A DNA stretch of 57,947 bases, the filler included, from Sphacelaria rigidula (lineage: Eukaryota), in NCBI GenBank assembly GCA_964200075.2. It is 5 parts of 5 records of this genome, joined end to end, with 100 filler letters (N's around TTAATTAATTAA, not from the genome) between each part and the next. Parts side by side here need not be neighbours in the genome. Positions count along the whole stretch, not along the records: positions 23,221 to 34,729 come from CAXNAA020004847.1; positions 34,830 to 46,338 come from CAXNAA020004848.1; 3 more parts are not named here. The stretch is one strand, 5' to 3'. Shown piece by piece: positions 24,760 through 34,959 of the stretch. Below the pieces are notes generated by a model that saw only the letters and a program-made list of their open reading frames with translations, was not told where the DNA came from and did not search any database. Positions within the stretch are counted from its first letter, which is position 1; every line of letters starts with the position of its first letter. Position numbers and translations under genes: made by a program.

Positions 24760-27705
24760 CACCCGTGGACAGATATAACCCTGTGGGGCGCACTGTGCAG
24801 GGTCCGTACAGCGTCCTCCGCAGTCTTTGTGAAAAATCCTGACAGTGAAAACCCAAATAACAACGTTTTCGTGAGATTGAGAGTAGAGCGCCGATTGAAA
24901 GTGGCTTTGATCATTCGCTTTAACTTGGCTATTTTTCCATCCTCTGTGTGCTTTTCTTTATCTCATCAAACGTGTGTGCTTACAGCTACACGTCGATATC
25001 AAGGGCCTCAGTGGCCAGCTCTTACAGAAAACGCATTGACCCTCGTGGAGGGGCATTTCGAAACTGAAACGATTTGTTCACTAATTGACCACTTTTCACT
25101 CTCAATCGTATCCTCTACTCTCAATCCCACGAAACCACTGTTAAATCTGTACCCCTCGTAGCATTGTGATAGGGTTTTCCTCAGGGTTGAATTTGCAGCC
25201 CTGTGTAGGCACGTCGGCAAAGCTCTGCACAGTCATGTGGTAGTGTTTTGGTAAAAACCGTGAAAGTTCTGCAAAATCTAGCAACCCTGTGGAGAGGCCC
25301 TCTCAATTTTGAAAAACATATTTATTTATTTTCGAAAATTCCAAATATTTTGGTACAAAATCTGTAAATTCATATTTTTTTAATAGCCTGTCCTGCTGTC
25401 CGAGATAAATTCCGTTTTGCCCGATTTTCAAATCGGGCAAAAAGGAATTTATCTTGGACAGCGGCACAAGCTATTCATAACATATCCTTTTCTCGCCCGA
25501 TTTATTCGGGTAAAAAAAGGATTTATTTCGAGCAGCAAAAGAACCTATTAAAAAAAAATCTATTTCGAACAGCTTTTTCTGCTGCACAAATTCCATGCAC
25601 ACTGGCAGATTTGGAACAGCAGAAGAAGCTCAGAATAAATCTTCATTTTGACCTCCAATTCATCCGGAATTTCGGGAAGAAGAGTTTTATTGCGAACAGC
25701 GTCAGCTGAGCATATCCCGCATACCGCATCGTTATCCGCGTATGGGATCTGACACGCAAAATTGTTTTTTCAAGTAATTCATCCTTTTGCCCCTCAGTCC
25801 ATGTATACATGGGCTAAACGATGAATAACTCTCAACAGCTTTTGCTGCATAGAGATCTCACACACTGGTTACGTGTGTATGTCCACACGCCTGTGCTTGA
25901 AGCTAACCAGACATGATAAGGATGCTGGCTGTGCGGTGTATACCTCGCATATCAACGCACATAGTTTATAAAGACCCCGTGTTCTAGTGTCTACCAACAC
26001 AAACATGTTTAGAAAAAGTCAATTGATCTATCGCACCTTTATTGGGACCCCAGCAATATTGTGTAGTATAATAGACGATCACCAGAAGATATATATATCA
26101 CCGGCTGTTCACAGATCGAACGCAATGTAAACCCCACAACCCTGCAGCAAAGAGCACGGGTTGGGCACAGGGTATAGATACACACTGCCGTGGGTGGGTA
26201 TGATGTATTTCTTGTTGGTGGAAACTTGAGCACCTTCTTTCATGATCGCGACATCGCGCGGGGACGACAGCACGCGGGCGGTATGGGGTAGGGAACAACC
26301 GGCCGGCTATTGCGTACACACTCACCATGTGCATTGACCGCAACAACATAGTCCAGGCCGTACAATGCTGCACGTCGTACGAGTCCTCGCCACGTCGCAC
26401 TGTAGGTGGAGAACATATATATATACTATATATATATACACACACATTGTCCTGCGCTGTCTGTACTGTACTTTCCCCCTTCCCTTTCACGCCCTACTTA
26501 CTATGCTGCAGCAGCTGTGCGCATGCTGTGAGTAGGCGCGTGTAACTGGGGTTCCTGACGGTATATAACACCCCCATAAATGAAAATAAGCTGCAGGCAT
26601 CTACATTGTATGTATAGCCAGCCAGACGAAGCACATATTCCGCGCTAATTTTGGAGTACATGGCACCGCACGTATAAGCACACTATAGCGAATGTACAGT
26701 CCCGTACAGTTTATTATTGTGGATATATACCCCCATCGTAAAGTATTGTATCAATCACGATCAGATGTTTCGTGTTTTCATCAATCTGAAAACTATTTCG
26801 TGTACTGCCGAAGGTTGGTAGACACGGGACTACCGGTATTTCACATATATGCATTGATAACCGAGGTATAGTCCGCTCTGTCAACATCACCTCAGCTGCA
26901 ACTAAAGCTTGCGTTCAGTATGTGGGACTTGAACAGCAGAAGCCGCTCGCAAACAAGCTCTTTCTTTGTCTAATTTCAGACATTTGCGGGAAAGATGGGG
27001 ATTTATTTCGAACAGCTTCTGGTGTACAAACTGCATCTGCTATAGTGTACATGGGATTGTCTGTACAGCTTCTGCTCTTCGAAACGAATCCTTTTTGCCC
27101 TATTCCAAATTTGGAATTAGGATTTATTTCGAACAGCAGAGGCTGTCAAAATTCCAGATTTCCATTGCACTTGTGCCTTTAAAAAATATTCCGGGGGATT
27201 AACATGGACCTTCGAGGGCCTGAAAGTTGAAAATCCCCAAAATTGAGAAGTACAAAAAATACACCCCATCCAGCCAGAACGACTACCATGTGTTGTTGCT
27301 CAGTGGATAACTGATCATGTCCATGAAGATGAAGATGAAGATGAACTGGTGGGTTCGACTCCCGTCCAATTTTGCCCAGTCCTTTTTTTCCGCCTGTACC
27401 TTGCCCGCAGCTGCGTGTGAAGGGTAGTGTGTGTGCGTAAACACGCTGCACAGCGTTGCCAGCAGCGATGAACTCTTAATGGGGCGACGGAACCCTGTGA
27501 TTCGTCCTGTAAGATGCACAAAACACTGTACGGTAGACGTCCCGCCAGAAACCTGCACAGTATTCATTACCACTGTAGAAAAACCCTGTGAAGCGTCCTG
27601 TGCTACGCTCGAAAACACTCTACTGTGAAATCCCCGCCGGAAAAACTGCGTAGGGTATGTAAACGCTGTAGACCCCCTCCACAGGGTCCTATCTGTTCAC
27701 GTATG
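24760..27705. mobile_element. Composite non-autonomous DNA element with ACCCTGTG subterminal repeats and nested insertions
   Basis: Left end CACCCGTGGACAGATATAACCCTGTGG versus reverse complement of right end CATACGTGAACAGATAGGACCCTGTGG. CCCTGTG repeats near both ends. Confidence 0.5.
24859..25142. mobile_element. MITE family AACAACGTTTTCGTGAGATTGAGAGTAGAG, copy 1
   Basis: About 30-bp TIR. Interior is the reverse complement of the copies at 48510 and 50527. Confidence 0.75.
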
Positions 27706-28101
27706 CGTCCAAAAAGGTAGCACAAAGCCTCATGTACAATCCGGTATACCCATATTCGGAAGCAAAAAATCCGGCATAGACTTCTGTGGTGTTATATGAA
27801 ATATGCTGCAAGCGCTGATTGGATTCATCCCACGACGAAGCGCTCTAATTCAAGCCCAGCCTAGCCTGACTGGATCAAGTATTCTCCAACAAGCACCAGT
27901 CAATAAAAAGATTAGGAACTCCTGTTTCTTGTGTTCTTACTCTCAATCAAGCGCAAGATTCTCAATCTGGCAAAACCCCTGGTATGTCAGGACCATGTCG
28001 AGATAGAGAACTGCTTCGCATTGCCGAAGAGGAGACACTGTGACGACCAATGATCGCTTCGGACCGGTGACACCATACGTGGGCACACACCAACACACTC
28101 A

Positions 28102-31100
28102 CTACCCGGGCCATCTGAGCAACGAGGACGGTACAACGACTGGTGTCATCTTCCGTATATCGGACGTCGGAGGAGAAGCACCAGGTACTCCTAGCTCCAA
28201 CTTCACGTTCGAATCCTCCTCCACCTCTTCCAACGCCATACCATCAAATGTGCACAAGCATCTCGTCACCGTTGCCGGCGAACCACAACCCCATCCAGTA
28301 CCCCCACAAGCAGCGCTGGTGAATCCACTATCATCTTTGCTCCCCCAACCGCTTGAAGGAGAAGCCTGCTTCTGGAACATCCTCGTCCCATCGCCACCGT
28401 GTATAGGAGACGAGACTGTCAGCTCTACCTTCATTCCCGCTCTTGCTCCTGCCCGCAAAGGCGCCTCATCATCAGCCCTCGAATGTGGGTGTCTCGGGAG
28501 CAAAAGTGGACGTCCCGAGAGCGACGGTGTTCTCTCCTCCTGTATGGAACCGGCGCAGAAACTACGGCGAGCATCTTTGCCGTCGTTTGCACCAGAACCC
28601 GACAGTGTTGCGCGCTTGCGCTTAACTCCTCGTACATTAGCAACGCTTCCTCTACCACCCTCCGTCGCGCTACGGTCGGGGATGCCTTTACCTGTGTTGA
28701 GCTTCGTGGTGTCGGAAACGACAGCGGTGTCGTGTGCACTAGCATGCTGTTGGCAACGTGTTCCCTTGTCAAGAGGTCGTTTCGAGCACTCCTTGTTGCC
28801 GCACATCGTTCTCGCCACATTCACCATTCTCGCCTTGACATGCTTGGAACAGAATTCCGCCTCCTTGCTTCCGGCTACACCATCAGACGGCTGCATGGGA
28901 CAGCCCTCGTACCCGCACATCTTCTTCACATTCACCATTCCCGTCCTGGCATGCTTGAAACAGAACTCCGTCTTCGTACTTCCCGCAACACCATACGACG
29001 CCTGCGAGGGGCAGCCCTCGTACCCGCACCTCTTGTTCCTCACATTCACCATTCCCGCCCTGGCATGCTTGGAACATAACTCCGCCTTCGTGCTTCCCGC
29101 CGCACCATACGACGACTGCGAGGGGCAGCCCCTGTAGCCGCACGTCTTGTTCCTCACATTCACCATTCCCGCCCTGGCATGCTTGAAACAGAACGCCGCC
29201 TTCGTGCTCCCCGCAACACCATACGACGCCTGCGAGGGGCAGCCCTCGTAGTCGCATTTCTTCCTCTGCACATTCACCATTCCCGTCCTGGCATGCTTGA
29301 AACAGAACTCCGTCTTCGTGCTTCCCGCTATACCATACGACGCCTGCGTGGGACAGCCCTCGTACCCGCACCTCTTCTTCCTCACATTCACCATTCCCGC
29401 CCTAGCATGCTTGGAACATAACTCCGCCTTCGTGCTTCCCGCCGCACCATACGACGGATGCGCGGAGCAGCCCTCGTGCCCGCACCTCTTGTTCCTCAAA
29501 TTCACCATTCCCGCCCTGGCATGTTTGGAACAGAACTCCGTCTTCGTGCTCCCCGCCGCACCATACGACGGACGCGAGGAGCAGCCCTTGTAGCTGCACT
29601 TTTTCTTCTTCACATCCACCATTCCCGCCCTGGCATGCTTGAAACAGAGCTCCGCCTTCTTGCTTCCCGCAACACCATACGATGCCTGCGTGGGACAGCC
29701 CTCGTACCCGCACCTCTTGTCCTTCACATTGACCATTCCCGCCCTGGCATGCTTGGAGCAAAACCCCGCTTTCGTGCTTCCGGCTACACCATACGACGGC
29801 TGCGTGGGACAGCCCTCGTACCCGCACATCTTCTTCTTCACGTTCACCATTCCCGCCCTGGCATGCTTGGCGCAAACTTCGGCCTTCGTGCTTCCGACTA
29901 CACCATATGACGACCGCGTGGGACAGCCCTCGTACCCGCACCTCTTGTTCCTCACATTCACCATTCCCGCCCTGGCATGCTTGAAACAGAGCTCCGCCTT
30001 CTTGCTTCCCGCAACACCATACGATGCCTGCGTGGGACAGCCCTCGTATCCGCACCTCTTGTTCCTCACATTTACCATTCCTGCCCTGGCATGCTTGGAA
30101 CATAACTCCGCCTTCGTGCTTCCCGCCGCACCATACGACGGACGCGCGGAGCAGCCCTCGTATCCGCACCTCTTGTTTCTCACATTTACCATTCCTGCCC
30201 TGGCATGCTTGGAACAGAACTCCGCCTTCGTGCTTCCCGCAACACCATACGACGACTGCGAGGGACAGCCCTTGTAGCCGCACTTTTTCTCCTTCACATT
30301 CATCATTCCCGCCCTGGCATGCTTGGAACATAACTCCGCCTTCGTGCTTCCGGCTACACCATACGACGGACGCGCGGAGCAGCCCTCGTACCCGCACCTC
30401 TTGTCCCTCACATTCACCATTCCCGCCCTGGCATGCTTGGAACATAACTCCGCCTTCATGCCCCCCGCCACACCATACGACGGATGCGCGGAGCAGCCCT
30501 CATACCCGCACGTCTTGTCCTTCACGTTCACCATTCCCGCCCTGGCATGTTTGGAGCAAACCTCCGCCTTCTTGCCTCCCGCCACACCGTACGATGCAAG
30601 CGTAGAGCAGCCCTCGTGCCCGCAAGTCTTGTCCTTTACATCCACCATTCCCACCCCGGCATGCTTGGAGCAAACCCCCGCTCTCTTGCTTCCCGCCACA
30701 ACATACGATGCAAGCGTGGAGCAGCCCTCGTACCCGCACATTTTGGTCTCCACATTCACCATTCCCGCCCTGGCATGCTTGGAGCACACCTCCGCCTTCT
30801 TGCTTCCCGCTACACCATGCGATGCAAGCGGGGAGCAGCCCTCGTACCCGCACATCTCTTTCACTTTCACAATTTCCGCCCTGGCATGCTGGGAGCAAAC
30901 CTCCGCCTTCTTGCTATCCGCTGTACCATACGATACAAGCGTGGGACAGCCCTCGTAGCCGCACATCGTTTTCACCACATTCATCATTCCCGCCCTGGCA
31001 TGCTTGGAACAGAAAGCTACCTTTGTGCTTCCGGCCATACTATACGTCGGCAGCGCGGAGCAGCCCTCGTACCCGCAGATCTTGTTCCTCGCATTCACCA

Positions 31101-31365
31101 CTCCCGCCCGGGCGTGCTTGTTGGTGTACCTTCTTCTCGCAATATCGCCCGTGAGCACCTTCGATGGCGTTCCTCCGAAAACGTACTGCTTCCAGTAGCA
31201 CAAAAACCCAGACAGCCGGAAATAGTTCGTGAGCCATGGGCCAAAGCAATTTGAAACGCTTTGCAAAGCAAATGCCTTTGTTATTGCTGCACATACTCTC
31301 AAGAACAGGCGTCTGCCTGCATTTACCTCAGGAGACGCTTCATTTAAGCTGACACCAACTTGCAA
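28102..31365 (-). CDS. EsV-1-7 cysteine-rich repeat protein (20 full tandem repeats plus partial ones, putative zinc-finger-like nuclear protein); true start unresolved
   Basis: Open frame of 1087 codons. Repeat consensus CGYEGCxxxxSYGVAGSxKAEFCSKHARAGMVNVxxKx matches the EsV-1-7 motif of phaeoviruses and brown algae (family of Ectocarpus IMMEDIATE UPRIGHT). C-terminal KRKR. No in-frame ATG before repeat 1, so an upstream exon is likely. Confidence 0.88.
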   Translation of the reverse strand: MQVGVSLNEASPEVNAGRRLFLRVCAAITKAFALQSVSNCFGPWLTNYFRLSGFLCYWKQYVFGGTPSKVLTGDIARRRYTNKHARAGVVNARNKICGYEGCSALPTYSMAGSTKVAFCSKHARAGMMNVVKTMCGYEGCPTLVSYGTADSKKAEVCSQHARAEIVKVKEMCGYEGCSPLASHGVAGSKKAEVCSKHARAGMVNVETKMCGYEGCSTLASYVVAGSKRAGVCSKHAGVGMVDVKDKTCGHEGCSTLASYGVAGGKKAEVCSKHARAGMVNVKDKTCGYEGCSAHPSYGVAGGMKAELCSKHARAGMVNVRDKRCGYEGCSARPSYGVAGSTKAELCSKHARAGMMNVKEKKCGYKGCPSQSSYGVAGSTKAEFCSKHARAGMVNVRNKRCGYEGCSARPSYGAAGSTKAELCSKHARAGMVNVRNKRCGYEGCPTQASYGVAGSKKAELCFKHARAGMVNVRNKRCGYEGCPTRSSYGVVGSTKAEVCAKHARAGMVNVKKKMCGYEGCPTQPSYGVAGSTKAGFCSKHARAGMVNVKDKRCGYEGCPTQASYGVAGSKKAELCFKHARAGMVDVKKKKCSYKGCSSRPSYGAAGSTKTEFCSKHARAGMVNLRNKRCGHEGCSAHPSYGAAGSTKAELCSKHARAGMVNVRKKRCGYEGCPTQASYGIAGSTKTEFCFKHARTGMVNVQRKKCDYEGCPSQASYGVAGSTKAAFCFKHARAGMVNVRNKTCGYRGCPSQSSYGAAGSTKAELCSKHARAGMVNVRNKRCGYEGCPSQASYGVAGSTKTEFCFKHARTGMVNVKKMCGYEGCPMQPSDGVAGSKEAEFCSKHVKARMVNVARTMCGNKECSKRPLDKGTRCQQHASAHDTAVVSDTTKLNTGKGIPDRSATEGGRGSVANVRGVKRKRATLSGSGANDGKDARRSFCAGSIQEERTPSLSGRPLLLPRHPHSRADDEAPLRAGARAGMKVELTVSSPIHGGDGTRMFQKQASPSSGWGSKDDSGFTSAACGGTGWGCGSPATVTRCLCTFDGMALEEVEEDSNVKLELGVPGASPPTSDIRKMTPVVVPSSLLRWPG
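28804..31077 (-). repeat. Coding minisatellite, 114-bp unit x20 (two units of 111 bp)
   Basis: 2274 nt between the first Cys of repeat 1 and of the shortened repeat 21. The block CCATTCCCGCCCTGGCATGCTTG is nearly invariant on the + strand. Confidence 0.95.
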
Positions 31366-33719
31366 GATGATTCCAGCACACGGGACGCCCTCGACGATAT
31401 TGCAGTAGGAACTGGAAGCGAACCAAGCACTAGTGTGTTACAAATCGAAGGACCATCATGCTACAGGGCGCATGTCAAGCACTACAGCGATGCTAAAGGG
31501 GGTTGCATCAAAGGGGAATGACCGATGAATGTTTTTCAAAGTAACAAGCGTAAGGCTTACGGGTCGCACACGAAGAGTCAGCGAGAAATGTTGTGCACGA
31601 TCAAAAGCCAGAAATAATAATCGACAGAGCGACCGCATAACATGAAAAGCTTTTCTTGAGAAATCGAGAATTTGTTCCTCCATGAGTTGGAGGCGAAAAA
31701 CATGATCCCTCTTCTACTAAAACAGCGGTAAATCATGAACCTTAAATTAATGTCCCACAAGGACGTTTTCCGTACCTTCACGATTGTAAATGTCAAATTT
31801 GAACGTCCAGCGCTCGACATTGATAAAAGAATGCCAGATTCGCAGCCCAAGTCGCTCGAGAATTGGCACAGAATTTGGAAGGCCATTCACCAACCCAGTT
31901 TTGATACTTGTGCCTCGAAGGTTTGTGTGGAGAATCGCTACGGCATGACAACAGAAAAGAACTGGGACAGGGAATTTTTATTTGATGCATGAGGTAAGGA
32001 CACTTTAGTGTAGTATAGACTGTTTCGGTCGGTTCGTGTTTGTTTGAGGTCGTATTTTTCATTTCTGGACGTTTGACAAAGGGTTGACCCCCCAACAGGG
32101 AATATCGCCATTACACGTCTTGGACACTTTGCAGTGCCCTACCAAAAGAGTTCAGCCCACTTTTCATGTTCGCTTGGCTCCGAGATGTGGAGAATGGCTT
32201 CTGAAAAACAAACACGGCTTGAGAACAAATGCGGTGCCTGCAGGTATTTTGACGTGGAGTTGAGAGTACCGATCGTTTGCCTGTGCTCCAGGGAATTCAT
32301 CACCAAACGGCCTCTGTGAAGCTCCGAGCACTGTCCCAGTTTTACAACTCCTCGAAGATTTGTGTTTTCGACTGAATATTGAAGGACATACCGTCGTGGC
32401 GGAGGTCAGAATCGAAACAGAAACTCAACAGAGGGTTCTGTAGACTGTAGCCACCTTTGTTACCTAGGTTAGGCAATGAATGTAGGTGGAACAAAGTGTA
32501 GTAGGTGTTTACCGCTGGTTGATGGATCGCGGGTGTGCATTGCAATGATCCGAGCCAGCTACTTCCTACGCGGCATCCTTCGTTGTACGAGAATTGGAGC
32601 AGTGTCCCGAGATCGTCGGTAAACGTCGTGCGGTCAGGACAGCACGATAGATCGACACAGCAACTCCAACACACACTATCGGAATACGGTACGTGTAACG
32701 ACACTTAGATCTCTTGAAACGTTTCGTCAGATACGCGGCGTGAAAAGGAACTCCATGCTTTTCGAGCGTTTGTCCTGAAACGGCATGATTTCTGATAATA
32801 TATCAGATTGATTTCATGAGAAGTTGTGTACATTAAGGCCCTCGATGATATCACCGGAATGGTACGAACGAGCGCATCCTGCTGTGCTGTGCTGTGCTGT
32901 GTCATGGCTGTTGCTAGTCTACATGAGCTACAGTAGTGAGCCTACACACACGTCGTCACAAAATATCGTGTTTGATAGGGTAGCATGTGCGGTCGACGCG
33001 TGTATACTGCGCTGACCATGAATTCGAAGACAACGGTGAAGTTTGGTGCAAGTGGCGAATCCTTCACATGTATGTACATAGTGCCCTGTGAACCACCCTG
33101 ACAAGCGTTTGCGACTCGTGTGTGCGTTTTCGCGGCGTCGATGAGCTGCACAGAAGGTGAGGATGACTCTGTACAACTTGTATTGCGTAGCGGTAAGTCT
33201 GCGAGAGTTCTCCGTGGAAATCATCGCAGAAGAAGGTAGGGGGAGGGCACAATGGCATGAGAGGAGAATTCACGAGAAGTAACGGGATGTGTCTTTGCTT
33301 TGGAACTATCGGCCCATATTTGCTTTGATGCAAATTTTTCAGACATCCCCACGTGTGGTAAAACCTCATCCCGAGCATAGGATATACACCCTGTGGGGGT
33401 CCCAGCAGAGTACGGCGCATCGCAGGTGCGGCATGACAGCACTATGCTGGGGTCCTGCACCATAACCCTACAGTGCAATCAGCTACTTCTATTGGTATAA
33501 CGGATCAGACTTGTGGCGGGTAATTTGGACTTCACCGTGGTTTATATCGCACTGCACAAAGGAATGCAATGTAAAGCCATCGACCGACTGGACAGGGATA
33601 TTCCATATATATTTTGAAATACTTGCTAGTTGTCGTGGCGTGTAATATTGATCAAAGCCACCCGTGCAGATATTGCCATCCTACTCACACTTGGTCGTGA
33701 GGGGAAAACATGTGAGTAC

Positions 33720-34668
33720 ATCCGCCAATTCCACGATGGCATGCAGGCTTGCGTACGAATGGACGATGTGGAGTTCTCTGAGTAGTTCAAGATAACTCAG
33801 GGACTGCGGCGAAGATGTGTGCTGTCTCCGCTGCTGTTCAATGTTTCGTTCGCTGCGGCGCTCGAGATAGTTCTCGCGATTTAGTGGAGACGACATCATC
33901 CTCAAGGGCATTGTATATCTCGACAACGAGATGGTGAGCGGGACAGAAACGACTCTGGAACGCGTACGGAGAGCGGTGTGGGGAATGCTATGTGCATATG
34001 GCGCGGCCGTCGTAACGATGTTCCCCGACGGCTTGGCGAGAATGATGACGGCTGTAGTCGACGTGTTTGATGCATTCGGACTGACGGTGTCGGACAAGAA
34101 GAGAGAGACTCTGCTAATATGAGTACCAAAAATCGTCACACAAGGGGGAGCCACCAACACCATCTCACCTCCCACTGGTCATCGAAGCAGCGGGCCAGAG
34201 GTACGCACAAACCACGAAGTTGCGATGCTTGGGGGTGGGCTCATTACCGGAGATGGCGAGCTCACATGCGAGATCAACAACCGGATAAAAGCCGTGTGGG
34301 CGTGCATCAGAAAGTGTTGCCCGGGAGCCTTTTGACCGACCGAAATCACCGTGGAGACTCGAGGTCCGACTGCTCAAGATGAAGGCGATGGAGACCCTAC
34401 TGTAAGGATGCATGACGTGGGCCCTGCGCCGCGAGCAATACCGGTTGCTGAGGACAGTATACTACCGGCTTCTCTCCTGCGAATGATCGGGTACCGCCGC
34501 TTTCGTGGTACATACCAACAGCTATCGTACGCCCAGGTCCTCAAGAAGAGCGGATGATAACGTGCTGGAGTCATCGTCCAGCAACGGCGACTGCTGTTCG
34601 CGAGAGCCCTGGCTAGACAACTGAACGGACAACTACGTAAGCGTCTGGCATTCGGAAACCTCGTAGGG
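33720..34668 (+). mobile_element. Degenerate non-LTR retrotransposon (RTE-like LINE) reverse transcriptase fragment
   Basis: Across frameshifts reads IRQFHDGMQACV..QGLR..CVLSPLLFN..VWGMLCAYG (decayed LYADD)..FGLTVSDKK..EINNRI..METLL.GCMTW..QRRLLFA..KRLAFG. Confidence 0.85.
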
Positions 34669-34729
34669 GGGGGGGGGGTGTACTCATGATCCTGCATGCT
34701 ATAGTCACAAGACCATTGGCCTCGCATCC
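34665..34729 (+). repeat. G-tract-associated short dispersed repeat, subfamily A
   Basis: G-run + TGTACTCATGATCCTGCATGCTATAGTCACAAGACCATTGGCCTCGCATCC, abutting the LINE at a Gly-codon G-run. Confidence 0.8.
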
Positions 34730-34829
34730 NNNNNNNNNNNNNNNNNNNNNNNNNNNNNNNNNNNNNNNNNNNNTTAATTAATTAANNNNNNNNNNNNNNN
34801 NNNNNNNNNNNNNNNNNNNNNNNNNNNNN
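34730..34829. other. Artificial scaffold-join spacer
   Basis: 44 N + TTAATTAATTAA + 44 N. Confidence 0.97.
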
Positions 34830-34950
34830 AGGGGGGGTACCATGATCATGTATGCCACAGTCATAAGACCAGTGACCTCGCATCCCTACAAAGCCGGGAC
34901 GGAGCACGCCGGGTTTTCGCCGGACCAGGCTCCGGCAGGGATAGAGGGGG
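34830..34950 (+). repeat. G-tract-associated short dispersed repeat, subfamily A
   Basis: Collinear with 45713-45842 and 46200-46338 through GCCGGACCAGGCTC. Confidence 0.8.
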
Positions 34951-34959
34951 CAAACTAAA

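Noticed and set aside
28804-31077. CRISPR-like repeat-spacer array
   Set aside because: The whole unit is homologous and codon-phased, with no unique spacers and no cas genes, in eukaryotic DNA.
28040-31254. Long + strand and alternative-frame ORFs over the repeat array
   Set aside because: Shadows of the GC-rich 114-bp coding repeat, broken by stops, while the minus frame is fully open with conserved Cys/His.
23221-34729. Endogenous phaeovirus segment around the EsV-1-7 gene
   Set aside because: No other recognisable viral genes or gene-dense intronless region. The flanks are host-type transposon debris.
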